Part shown: in pieces, positions 7,615 through 16,404 of the stretch | Layout: every line of letters starts with the position of its first letter | How positions within the stretch are numbered: position 1 is the first letter of the stretch | Assembly: GCA_031289735.1 (NCBI GenBank) | Contig: JAITOV010000071.1 | Coordinates: forward strand, 1 to 63,292 | Direction: 5' to 3' | DNA from: Peptococcaceae bacterium | GTDB lineage: Bacteria; Bacillota; Desulfitobacteriia; Desulfitobacteriales; Desulfitobacteriaceae | DNA length: 63,292 bases | The notes under the pieces: model-generated | Databases searched by the model: none | Told to the model about the DNA's origin: nothing | What the model saw: only the letters and a program-made list of their open reading frames with translations | Translations under genes and position numbers: made by a program

Positions 7615-9201
7615 TCAGTCCGCTTGCCTTGATAATATGATTTCATCTCTTAGTACCCGCCGCCGAATCTTGCCGGTCTCATTCGTCGGAAAATCCGAGC
7701 GGAATTCCACCATCTGCGGCACTTGATAGCTCACCAGATGTTCCGCACACCAAGCGATTAACTCATCCGGCGCTACCTTGGCTTCCGGCGATTTCAGCAC
7801 GACACTGGCATGGATCTGTTCCCCGACCTGATCATCCGGTATCCCCACCACACAGGACCGAGCCACTTCAGGATGTCTATTCAAGACGCTTTCAATTCTG
7901 GATGGACCTACCCGGTACCCTTTATGTTTGATCACATTCACCGAACGTTCCCTGAAGAACACCCAACCCTCGTCATCAATCTCAATAATATCTCCTGATT
8001 TAAACCACAAACGTCCATTGAGTGTAATAAAGCGCTTGGCCGTTTCTTCCGGGCTGTTCAGGTAACCGCGTACCATATTATCGGACGAGACCAGCACTTC
8101 CCCGGTATTTCCTTCTTCAATCGGATCCAGCGTGTCCGGCTTAACCAGCATCACTTGTTTAATCTTGCACACCTTCCCCGCGGAGCCTTCCGGAAAGTCT
8201 TCGCCTGCCACCAGCGCGGAGACACTGCCGACCACCTCTGTACACCCATAGCCGGTGTATAGAGGTCTGCCAAAATGTTTTTTCCAGCGCTGGTTCACAT
8301 CCGGCGGGATCGCTTCGCCGCTGGCAAAGACATAGCGGATAGAATTCAGACAGTAATGTTCTATCTTTTCATGATCGAGAATCATCCGGCACATGGTCGG
8401 TGTTCCTAACAAAATATTCACCTGATAGGTCTCGATACAGCGCATCAGGTCTTCTGTGTCAAAGTGCGGTAAGAGGATTAATGTCTCACCATAGAACAAC
8501 GCGCCAAATCCCTTGTCCTGTCCCAGGATATGATTCAACGGTGAGCCCTGCAGCGCAATTCCTTCCCCCCGAGGTATGACCGGGTCACTCTGCAGCTTAG
8601 AATCGTCAAATAGCTCCAGCAACAGATCATGCGTAACAGGCACGCCTTTCGGCATGCCTGTCGTGCCGCTGGTATACATGATCTCAGCCATTTCACCAGG
8701 CACAATGGCGGGTTGTAACAGTTCAGGATACTCGCCCCGGATCAAACCGGCAAAGGAATCGGCTTTAACACTCAACTCCCAAGCACTCGGTATTTCCTCC
8801 TGATCACAGAAAATCACTCGTTGAATGGGCGTCCCTGGCAGGATATCCGGCAATTTATCCATATTCGCCTGAGCACAGAAAACCGCTTTCGCCTGACAGT
8901 CTTTGGCAACATATTGCAAATTCTCTACGAGGGAAAAATGCGCTATCGGCACTGCCACTGCACCTAAGCGCTGTAGCGCCAGCCAGGCGACAACCCATTG
9001 CGGCATATGCGGCAGAAAAATAATCGCCCGATCCTGTTTGCGCATTCCATCAGCATACAACGCCCGGGCTAATTGTTCTACTTGCCGGTCTACCTCCTCA
9101 TAGGTAAGCTGTCCATTTTTCCATATGACGGCTGTCTTTTCTGCATTCCGCTCAGCGATTTTCTGAAAAGAACGATCCAGTGTATCGGTAAGGCATCTCA
9201 T
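7615..9201 (-). CDS. AMP-forming acyl-CoA synthetase/ligase (ANL family)
   Basis: Track ORF 7615..9219. The second ATG (9201) follows a GAGGGAGGGG RBS. YTSGTTGMPKGV (AMP-binding P-loop), GYGCTE and the GDIIEIDDEGW...R motifs are present. Confidence 0.85.
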   Translation of the reverse strand: MRCLTDTLDRSFQKIAERNAEKTAVIWKNGQLTYEEVDRQVEQLARALYADGMRKQDRAIIFLPHMPQWVVAWLALQRLGAVAVPIAHFSLVENLQYVAKDCQAKAVFCAQANMDKLPDILPGTPIQRVIFCDQEEIPSAWELSVKADSFAGLIRGEYPELLQPAIVPGEMAEIMYTSGTTGMPKGVPVTHDLLLELFDDSKLQSDPVIPRGEGIALQGSPLNHILGQDKGFGALFYGETLILLPHFDTEDLMRCIETYQVNILLGTPTMCRMILDHEKIEHYCLNSIRYVFASGEAIPPDVNQRWKKHFGRPLYTGYGCTEVVGSVSALVAGEDFPEGSAGKVCKIKQVMLVKPDTLDPIEEGNTGEVLVSSDNMVRGYLNSPEETAKRFITLNGRLWFKSGDIIEIDDEGWVFFRERSVNVIKHKGYRVGPSRIESVLNRHPEVARSCVVGIPDDQVGEQIHASVVLKSPEAKVAPDELIAWCAEHLVSYQVPQMVEFRSDFPTNETGKIRRRVLRDEIILSRQAD

Positions 9202-9229
9202 ACGCTTCCCCTCCCTCATAAAATGGAAC

Positions 9230-9263
9230 GTGTCTGTTCAAGAGCTTACCCCTGAACAGACAC
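9230..9263 (-). terminator. hairpin (terminator or attenuator) sharing its stem with 11924..11963
   Basis: GTGTCTGTTCA-loop-TGAACAGACAC, 11-12 bp, between the CoA-transferase stop and the ligase RBS. The T-tract is weak (GTTCCATTTTA). Confidence 0.45.
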
Positions 9264-9309
9264 CAATAGAACTCGAATGAGTCATGCGCATTGCTTATGA
9301 TACGAATGC

Positions 9310-10890
9310 TCAGCTCTTGTAGTCGTTGATGATCCCCATGACTCCAGGCACAAAGACACGCGCGTCCATCAGCTTCAGATCTTTACTAATGGCCGGGGTA
9401 AACTCCATTTGCTGCAGAACATCTTTTTCCAGGTCAATGCCCGGCGCGATTTCCGTCAAGGTTAGCACGCCGTTGATTAATTCAAAGACCGCGCGTTCCG
9501 TGACATAGACAACCGGTTTGCCCTTTTGCCCGGCAATAACGCCGTTAAAAGTGATCTGATCCAATTTATTGACGAATTTCTTGACCGACCCTTCCTGAAT
9601 AATACGCAGTTTGCCATCGACGACTTCCTGTTTCACTCCCTTGGCAGTGAATCCGAGGCAGAATACGCACTTTTTGGAGGAGGTACTGATATCCATCGAA
9701 CCGCCGGGTCCGATGATCCGGTCATCGAGTTTGCTGAGATTCGTACTACCGTTGGGATCCACCTGCGCCGATCCCAAGAAGCACACATCGAGGATCCCGC
9801 CGTAATAAGCGTCAAACATATTGGGCAGAGAAACTACGGCGTCTGCGTTAACAACCGAGCCAAAGTTCGGGAATTTGCCGGGTACGCCACCAAACACGCC
9901 CATCTCGACCGTCAGGCACAGTTCTTCGATTAAATCCTCCGCCTCGGCGACCGCTCCGATCCCACCGGGAATGCCCCAGCCCAGGTTGACGATTGCACCA
10001 GGAAAGAGTTCCATCGCCGCCCGCCGCTCGATAATATTCATCGGGGCTTTCAGCTCAGCGCTGGCGCTGGCTTTTTGGAACGGAACCTTAATATGACCGC
10101 TGAAAACATCGTTATAGGGCGTGTTATCATTCTGCATGTGATATTTTTCCCATTCTTGGCAAACGACGACCGCGTCGACCATCACACCAGGTACACGCAC
10201 TTGTTGGGGATGGATGGTCCCCGCTTTAACAATCCGTTTCACCTGAGCAATGACTTTGCCGCCGCAAGCCCTGGCCGCGTTGGCTAATTCAAAGTAATCG
10301 ATCCAATTAGCTTCATGTTCGATACTGATATTGCCGTTTTCATCCGCCGTGGTTCCCCGGATGAAGACGACATCGAGCGGCGTGGGTTTATACATCAGAT
10401 ACTCTTCCCCTTCGAGCTCGATGACTTTAACCATATCGGGTTGCTTCATCGTCCGTTCATTCACCTTGCAACCTTCATTGCGCGGATCGCAATATGTCCC
10501 TAAGCCGACCTTCGTGATATAGCCCGGTTGTCCGTGGGCAATGCAACGCAGCAACATCACCGATACGCCTTGCGGTAAGATATAACAGTCAAGCTCTTCA
10601 TTGCCGATCATTTCCCGCAATTCCGTGTTTGTATCAGGATGAGTAACGACCGCTTTCTTAATCAAACCGGGATAAGCGATGCGCGAATCTCCCCGATGGT
10701 CGAACGCGCCGTGTCCGACCACAGAGTACAAGGTCAGATCTCTAGGTGTTTTTGTGTTCAGGAATTTTTCTTCCAGTTTCATCATGAGATAATCCGGATT
10801 CCCCCGCAAACCGCCGCCCGATACCCCCAATGTATCACCGTCTTTGAGAAGTTCCAACGCTTCTTCCGCCGTCATGATTTTGCTCGCCAT
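9310..10890 (-). CDS. family I acyl-CoA:carboxylate CoA-transferase (propionate CoA-transferase Pct/YdiF-like, fused alpha-beta)
   Basis: Track ORF 9310..10908. The likely start is the ATG at 10890, 6 nt after AGGAGG. As I recall it, the protein is collinear with Clostridium propionicum Pct (GVSGGG.., ITKVGLGTYCDPRN, IRGTTADENGNI, VVVCQ.., ITFNG, TERAVFEL, EIAPGIDLE). Confidence 0.85.
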   Translation of the reverse strand: MASKIMTAEEALELLKDGDTLGVSGGGLRGNPDYLMMKLEEKFLNTKTPRDLTLYSVVGHGAFDHRGDSRIAYPGLIKKAVVTHPDTNTELREMIGNEELDCYILPQGVSVMLLRCIAHGQPGYITKVGLGTYCDPRNEGCKVNERTMKQPDMVKVIELEGEEYLMYKPTPLDVVFIRGTTADENGNISIEHEANWIDYFELANAARACGGKVIAQVKRIVKAGTIHPQQVRVPGVMVDAVVVCQEWEKYHMQNDNTPYNDVFSGHIKVPFQKASASAELKAPMNIIERRAAMELFPGAIVNLGWGIPGGIGAVAEAEDLIEELCLTVEMGVFGGVPGKFPNFGSVVNADAVVSLPNMFDAYYGGILDVCFLGSAQVDPNGSTNLSKLDDRIIGPGGSMDISTSSKKCVFCLGFTAKGVKQEVVDGKLRIIQEGSVKKFVNKLDQITFNGVIAGQKGKPVVYVTERAVFELINGVLTLTEIAPGIDLEKDVLQQMEFTPAISKDLKLMDARVFVPGVMGIINDYKS

Positions 10891-11000
10891 GTTCATCCTC
10901 CTAATCATTTTAATTATTATTATTGAATGTTGAACGCCGACATTTTTCGCGAATCAGTACTATTTTTCAATTCCCCTTAAAGCACAAATTTCACAAGTTA

Positions 11001-11075
11001 ATTATAGGCGGCCTCTTGCCTCTTTGTCAATAGATTCGTCTGAAATATCTGATTGTATATGCGGATTTGTAATAT
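11001..11075 (-). promoter_or_regulatory. sigma-A promoter plus conserved upstream module (CoA-transferase operon)
   Basis: Reverse strand ATATTACA-N35-GATATTTCAGACGAATCTATTGACAA-N18-TATAAT. It is collinear with the module at 21473..21546. Confidence 0.6.
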
Positions 11076-11100
11076 CCTTATGGAAGCATACCTTCTTGTC

Positions 11101-11772
11101 TCAAATTCTGGCATCACCGTCAGCGCGTCCGCTCCTGCCCGACTCACTCCGGGAAAAAACAAGCTTCAGCAAGTTGCACGCCAAAAAAGTATGCTGCATA
11201 TAGGCCGCCAACGCGGCTTCTGTGTCTTTTTGGCCAATCGCCGTATACATAGCCATATGTTCTTGTTCAGCCAGCTCATTCTTTTCACTCGCTAACCCTT
11301 CGACGCGAAAATCTAGAAACAAGAGTTCTTGTACATTGGTTAAGTAAGCTGCCAGAGTTGTGTCATTGCTCATCTGGGCAATCTGAACATGAAAATCCCG
11401 ATCAAGTGGGAATAGCTCATTGGTTGCCTTGCGGGCGACCGCCTCGGAAAATTTGGTGCAACACACCAACAACGCATCATGCGCAGTTGGTGTGAAATTT
11501 TCAACCGCTTTTCTGATCGCCAAGCGTTCCAGGACCACTCTGATGGCGAATAATTCTTCGACCTTTTTTTTACTCAGTTCGGCAACATAATATCCTTTAT
11601 TAGGAATTAATTCGACAAGCCCCTCCTGATGCAAAACGTTTAACACATTCTTTACGATCGTACGGCTAACATTAAATTGATCGGCGATATATTGGTACTG
11701 CAATTTTTGCGTCGGAATAATTTTCCGGGCAAAGAGTTCTTGTTTTAGCGTCTGATAAATTATTTTTTCCAT
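11101..11772 (-). CDS. GntR-family transcriptional regulator (FadR/FCD subfamily), paralogue 1
   Basis: 223 aa with an N-terminal winged HTH (QKLQYQYIADQFNVSRTIVKNVLNVLHQEGLVELIPNKGYYV) and a helical FCD-like C-domain. Confidence 0.85.
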   Translation of the reverse strand: MEKIIYQTLKQELFARKIIPTQKLQYQYIADQFNVSRTIVKNVLNVLHQEGLVELIPNKGYYVAELSKKKVEELFAIRVVLERLAIRKAVENFTPTAHDALLVCCTKFSEAVARKATNELFPLDRDFHVQIAQMSNDTTLAAYLTNVQELLFLDFRVEGLASEKNELAEQEHMAMYTAIGQKDTEAALAAYMQHTFLACNLLKLVFSRSESGRSGRADGDARI

Positions 11773-11923
11773 AAAACTCTCTATTTATTTTAATTTTTGT
11801 TAAGCAAATCAAATTGTACTAGCATTATTCTATCATAAAATAACAGCATCAACCAAACCCACACCCCAAGGCATACCGCGCGGCGCGGCTCTCCTGTATC
11901 CATTTGCTCTCCATCCTAAAAGG

Positions 11924-11963
11924 AATGTGTCTGTTCAAGGATTCGCCCTTGAACAGACACATT
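11924..11963 (-). terminator. 17-bp perfect hairpin terminator after the reductase gene
   Basis: AATGTGTCTGTTCAAGG-ATTCGC-CCTTGAACAGACACATT, followed on the reverse strand by CCTTTTAGG. The stem core is identical to 9230..9263. Confidence 0.55.
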
Positions 11964-11977
11964 GAGACGCGTAATCG

Positions 11978-12919
11978 TTAGGCGAATTGCTGATCATAGG
12001 AACGCTCAATGATTCTGACTAATTTATAGAGTGTTTCATTATACGGCGTGGGAATGCCCAATTTCTGTCCTTCATGATAGACGGCTCCGTTGAGGAATTC
12101 TATTTCCGTCAGCAGGTGATTTTTCATATCCTGCGCTGTGGAAGGCAGATGTGCCGCCAGTTCCGCATTAAAAGCCGCTTTTTTGTTTAAGACTTTAAGA
12201 TTTTCTTCTGAAAACTTCACGCCTTTAGCTTCCGCTACTTGGATGCACTCGTTTCTGACTTTTTTCAAGAGATCGTCCGTAACATCAACCTCCATAGCCT
12301 GCCCGATCGTCAAGCGGACTACACCCATCAGCGCGTTCGCCATATTATTTCTCATCTTCACCCAGATATCCCCGTCCACATTCTCTTTGACCATGACTTT
12401 AATGCCGGTTTGCGCAAAGACCGCGCCGATCTCGTTCATCTCCGGGGTTAGCACATTATTAATCGGACCGAAGGTAATCACTGAGTTTTCGCTGATCATC
12501 GCGACAACGACTCCCGGTTCGATTAATTTGCCAGCGAATTCTAAGATCCCATGCAAAACATGCGCGTTATCATAATACTGCGCCAGGATATCCGCGTTGC
12601 CCACACCGTTTTGCACCGTCAGCACATAGGTATCCGGTCCAGTCAGGATCTGCGCTTCCTTAGCAGCCGCTTCGGTATACAAACCCTTGACCAGGAATAG
12701 GATAACATCTGGTTTTTCCTTAATCTCGGCCGCATTTTTCACGATAGGAATGCGAAAGGCTTCCTCCGTATTCTTTAACGTTACTTTCACACCATTTTGA
12801 CGGATTGCCGCAATCACTTTATCCGATTTATCTACCAAGATGACTTCTTCGCCGGCCTTGGTCAGCAGAGCGCCAACCAGAGCGCCCATCGTTCCAGCTC
12901 CAAATATGACAAATTTCAT
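11978..12919 (-). CDS. 2-dehydropantoate 2-reductase family (PanE/ApbA) NAD(P)H oxidoreductase
   Basis: Track ORF 11978..12943. The ATG at 12919 (MKFVIFGAGTMGALVG, Rossmann GxGxxG) follows GGAGGG. PSTAQDM....TEIEFLNG matches the KPR C-terminal signature. Confidence 0.8.
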   Translation of the reverse strand: MKFVIFGAGTMGALVGALLTKAGEEVILVDKSDKVIAAIRQNGVKVTLKNTEEAFRIPIVKNAAEIKEKPDVILFLVKGLYTEAAAKEAQILTGPDTYVLTVQNGVGNADILAQYYDNAHVLHGILEFAGKLIEPGVVVAMISENSVITFGPINNVLTPEMNEIGAVFAQTGIKVMVKENVDGDIWVKMRNNMANALMGVVRLTIGQAMEVDVTDDLLKKVRNECIQVAEAKGVKFSEENLKVLNKKAAFNAELAAHLPSTAQDMKNHLLTEIEFLNGAVYHEGQKLGIPTPYNETLYKLVRIIERSYDQQFA

Positions 12920-12992
12920 TTCCAATCCCTCCATCTTAATCACTCATCCCAAACTCTACGTCTCGATCAGTCCGGAGGACAGCACACGCCGC

Positions 12993-13610
12993 TTAGCGAA
13001 TCAGGTGAACAACGTTATCCAAATGTGTCATGATTTCCTGCTTGGCTAGCGAGACATCACGCTCTCCAATCGCTTGGTAAATCCTTAAATGCTCGTCGCT
13101 GGCCGCCTCGTTCCTAGCAACGCTGAGTCCTTCGGCGCCGTAGCGCAGAAAAATCCGCTCCATCGTCCGCTTCAGATCGCTTAACAAAATCCGATTCCCG
13201 CCCATCTCGGCAATCTGCAGATGGAAATCCCGGTCATGCATGAAATAATTCTCCGTGATCCGGCTGCCTAGAGCTTCTGCGGAACGCAGATATCTTTGGT
13301 ACAGCTCGTCATAGGCCTGCTGATTGAAATTCGTTATGGCTTTTTCCACGGCTGACAACTCAATGATCGTGCGCATTTCGAATAGATCTTCCGCTTCTTT
13401 GGTGGTAATCTCGGTGACATGATAGCCTTTTTGCGGCTGACGCGTCACCAGTCCTTCTTGTTGCAGCAAGGTTAACACGCTTTTGATGATCATACTGCTG
13501 ACTTCATATTGATCCGCCAGATCTTGATATTGCAATTTCTGTCCGGCGATATACTTAAAGGTGAATATACCTTCTTTTAACGCCCGGTAAACCTTTTTCT
13601 CCAGATCCAT
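12993..13610 (-). CDS. GntR-family transcriptional regulator (FCD subfamily), paralogue 2
   Basis: Track ORF 12993..13691. Alignment with paralogue 1 suggests a start at MDLEKKVYRALKEG (13610). The HTH is QKLQYQDLADQYEVSSMIIKSVLTLLQQEGLVTRQPQKGYHV. The start is uncertain. Confidence 0.8.
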   Translation of the reverse strand: MDLEKKVYRALKEGIFTFKYIAGQKLQYQDLADQYEVSSMIIKSVLTLLQQEGLVTRQPQKGYHVTEITTKEAEDLFEMRTIIELSAVEKAITNFNQQAYDELYQRYLRSAEALGSRITENYFMHDRDFHLQIAEMGGNRILLSDLKRTMERIFLRYGAEGLSVARNEAASDEHLRIYQAIGERDVSLAKQEIMTHLDNVVHLIR

Positions 13611-13749
13611 GATCGCTGCACTTATTCCGTTTCTGTTGTATTTTTCTGTTAGCTGCAGAATTACTGACATTATAACAGATTCAGCCAGCAACCGCTATCA
13701 ACCAGCTTAACCCCATCGCTCATCCAGCGATCTGTTCACCCGGCTTTGC

Positions 13750-14664
13750 TTACGCTGTTTTACCGGCAATCAGGCAAGCTAGAACGATCGAATAAAGCTT
13801 GGATTCAGCCGTATCCGAGCGCGAAACCATGACGGCTGGGTTCGCTGCGCCTACGATGACCCCGGCGATTTTGAAATTCGCATAATACACCAGGGCCTTG
13901 CTTAAGATATTGCCGGCCTCGATCCCGGGCATCAGAAACAGATCCACTTCCCCGGCAATTCTGCTGGCAATCCCTTTGTGATGGGCGGCTTCCGCGCTAA
14001 CAGCGACATCCATCGCGATCGGTCCTTCAACGATGGCCGGAGCAAATGCCCCATTGACGTTCATCTCCATTAGCGCTGCCGCATCAACCGTCGCCGGCAT
14101 TTTCGGATTGACTACCTCGTTCGCCGCTAGCACCGCTACTTTAGGTTGTTCGTAGCCTAAAGCGCTCAAAGCTTCCAGCGCGTTAATCAGGATCTCCTTC
14201 TTCTCTTCCAGACCCGGCGCAATATTCACGCCTCCGTCGCTGAAAAACACCAGTTTCTGTGCGCCCGGTATTTCATAGGCGGTCAGGTGACTGAGAATCC
14301 TACCGGTGCGCAAGCCCACTTCTTTGTCAACGAGTGCTTTCAGGAAAATCGCGCTGTTCACCAGCCCTTTCATATAGACCTGAGCCTTTCCTTCACGCAC
14401 GAGAGCAACGGCGCGCAGAGCCGCCTGCGTTACATCAAGCTCATCGATGATCTCCGTATCCGCCGGCAAGCCAACTTCAGCGAGCAGATCTCGAATCTTA
14501 GCCTGATCTCCGACCAGAATGACATCGATCAGATCTCTGTCCATAGCCGCTTTAACCGCTTGCAGCACATCCTTATCCTGCGCCGCGGCGACGCTGACCG
14601 TTATTTTTCCCTGTTGACGGGATTTTTCCATCAATTCCTCATAGTTTTTCAGCATGATATCCAC
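13750..14664 (-). CDS. ptb: phosphate butyryltransferase (phosphotransacylase)
   Basis: 304 aa PTA_PTB-family protein of Ptb length, lying immediately downstream of buk. Confidence 0.85.
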   Translation of the reverse strand: MDIMLKNYEELMEKSRQQGKITVSVAAAQDKDVLQAVKAAMDRDLIDVILVGDQAKIRDLLAEVGLPADTEIIDELDVTQAALRAVALVREGKAQVYMKGLVNSAIFLKALVDKEVGLRTGRILSHLTAYEIPGAQKLVFFSDGGVNIAPGLEEKKEILINALEALSALGYEQPKVAVLAANEVVNPKMPATVDAAALMEMNVNGAFAPAIVEGPIAMDVAVSAEAAHHKGIASRIAGEVDLFLMPGIEAGNILSKALVYYANFKIAGVIVGAANPAVMVSRSDTAESKLYSIVLACLIAGKTA

Positions 14665-14682
14665 CTCCTCATTGTTGAAGAT

Positions 14683-15759
14683 TTAAGCGTACTGTTTCAT
14701 CTCTTCCTCGCCGCGCAACACACGCAACGCGCCAGCCGCCAAAGCTTCCATCTCCTTTTCCCCCGGCGCCAGCGTCACCGGAGCGATGAATGCTACCCTT
14801 TCCATGATCATCTCGGTAAAGACCGGTGAATATGCCATGCCACCGGTAATGGCGATGGCGTCTACATTCCCGTTTAACACCGTTGCCAAAGCTCCGATTG
14901 ATTTAGCTACTTGATAAGCCAGCGCTTGCAGCAACAGTGCGGCTTGTTCATTGCCTTCCTGCGCCATTTTTTGTACTTCCCGCACATCCTTAGTGCCCAG
15001 ATAAGCGTAAAGCCCTCCGCCGCCAAATATTCTGGCGCGCATCTCCTCCCCGTTGAATTTTCCGGAGAAGCACAGGTTGACCAATTTATTGGTCGGCAAC
15101 GATCCGCAACGATCCGGCGAAAAAGGCCCTTCTTCCTGACCATCGACGATATCCACCACCCGACCGTCACGATGCACGGACAGAGACACGCCGGAACCCA
15201 GATGGGCAACGATGAGCCTGGCTTCTTCGTACGGTTTCCCCAAGCCGGCAGCCACTTGGCGCGCCACCGCCCGCATGTTGAGAAAATGCCCGCGCACGCC
15301 CCGTTCCAATTCCGGTAAACCGGAAATCCGCGCCACCGGATCTACCTCGTCGGTTGTGATCGGATCGACGATAAACGCCGGAATCCCTCGCGCCTTGGCG
15401 ATATCGATGGCCAGGAACGCCCCCAGGTCCGAAGCGTGTTCGCCATGTACGGTCTCGCGCAGATCCTTGAGCATCAATGCACTAATTCCGTATGTGCCGC
15501 CAGGCATGCCCTTTAACCGGCCACCCCGAGCGACTACTGCTTGGAAGGAATCAAGCGGGTACCCCGCTTCCGTCAACGTCTCCTTGATTAACTCCAAACG
15601 GAATTGGAATTGGTCGAACATTTTTTTGAATTTTGCCATCTCTGGCCCCTGATGCTCTACAGTTTTAGCAAATACTAGCTTGTCGCCTTCGAATACGGCA
15701 GTTTTCGTAGAGGTAGAACCCGGATTCATGACTAAGATTCTTTCCGAATTTAATCTCAT
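14683..15759 (-). CDS. buk: butyrate (short/branched-chain acyl) kinase
   Basis: Track ORF 14683..15798. The likely start is MRLNSERILVMNPGSTSTK. As I recall it, the protein is collinear with C. acetobutylicum Buk (QFQFR, GRGG, HASNLG-like HASDLG, GGMAY, LRVLRGEE). Confidence 0.9.
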   Translation of the reverse strand: MRLNSERILVMNPGSTSTKTAVFEGDKLVFAKTVEHQGPEMAKFKKMFDQFQFRLELIKETLTEAGYPLDSFQAVVARGGRLKGMPGGTYGISALMLKDLRETVHGEHASDLGAFLAIDIAKARGIPAFIVDPITTDEVDPVARISGLPELERGVRGHFLNMRAVARQVAAGLGKPYEEARLIVAHLGSGVSLSVHRDGRVVDIVDGQEEGPFSPDRCGSLPTNKLVNLCFSGKFNGEEMRARIFGGGGLYAYLGTKDVREVQKMAQEGNEQAALLLQALAYQVAKSIGALATVLNGNVDAIAITGGMAYSPVFTEMIMERVAFIAPVTLAPGEKEMEALAAGALRVLRGEEEMKQYA

Positions 15760-15807
15760 TACTTTATCCCCCTCCGCTGGTATATGCGCTTCTGGCATAC
15801 GCTTCGT

Positions 15808-16404
15808 TCAGATCTCCAAACCGGCCTGGAAAGCCTTGATGTTGAGATCGACAAAATTGGCTTTGACATTTTGACGAATCAGATCTTGCCAATGGATATC
15901 CGTCAACTTCATTCCCTTGACTAACGCGCCGAACAGGACAATATTCATGGCCTTGACATTACCGAGAGCACGGGCGATGTCTGTCGCCTGAATCACGGTG
16001 GTTTGCACTTTCGCTTGTAAGGTTTCCAGGACATGCTGCGGATAATCGACCGCGCCGTTCAGGATGGGAGCTGAGGGAATCTGGTGATCATTGACGACGA
16101 CGCTGCCGCTGGGTTTTAAATAATCCAGCCAACGCAGGGCTTCCATCGTCTCGAAGGAAACCAGGATATCCGCTTCGCCTTTGCCGATGATCGGAGAAAA
16201 CACCTTTGCCCCATAACGTACCTGGGTGCTCACACTACCGCCGCGTTGGGACATGCCATGAACTTCCGACATTTTCACATCATAACCGGCTTCATATAGC
16301 CCTCTCGATAATAGCTGGCTCACCAGGATGGTGCCCTGTCCGCCTACGCCAACCAATAAAATATTTTTAACGTCACTGGTTTTTGCTTCCGCCATGCTAT
16401 TCAC
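15808..16404 (-). CDS. iorB: indolepyruvate:ferredoxin oxidoreductase, beta subunit
   Basis: 198 aa. ILLVGVGGQGTILVSQLL is typical of the IorB/2-oxoacid:Fd oxidoreductase gamma domain. The start is GTG 16404 or ATG 16395, overlapping the iorA stop. Confidence 0.85.
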   Translation of the reverse strand: MNSMAEAKTSDVKNILLVGVGGQGTILVSQLLSRGLYEAGYDVKMSEVHGMSQRGGSVSTQVRYGAKVFSPIIGKGEADILVSFETMEALRWLDYLKPSGSVVVNDHQIPSAPILNGAVDYPQHVLETLQAKVQTTVIQATDIARALGNVKAMNIVLFGALVKGMKLTDIHWQDLIRQNVKANFVDLNIKAFQAGLEI

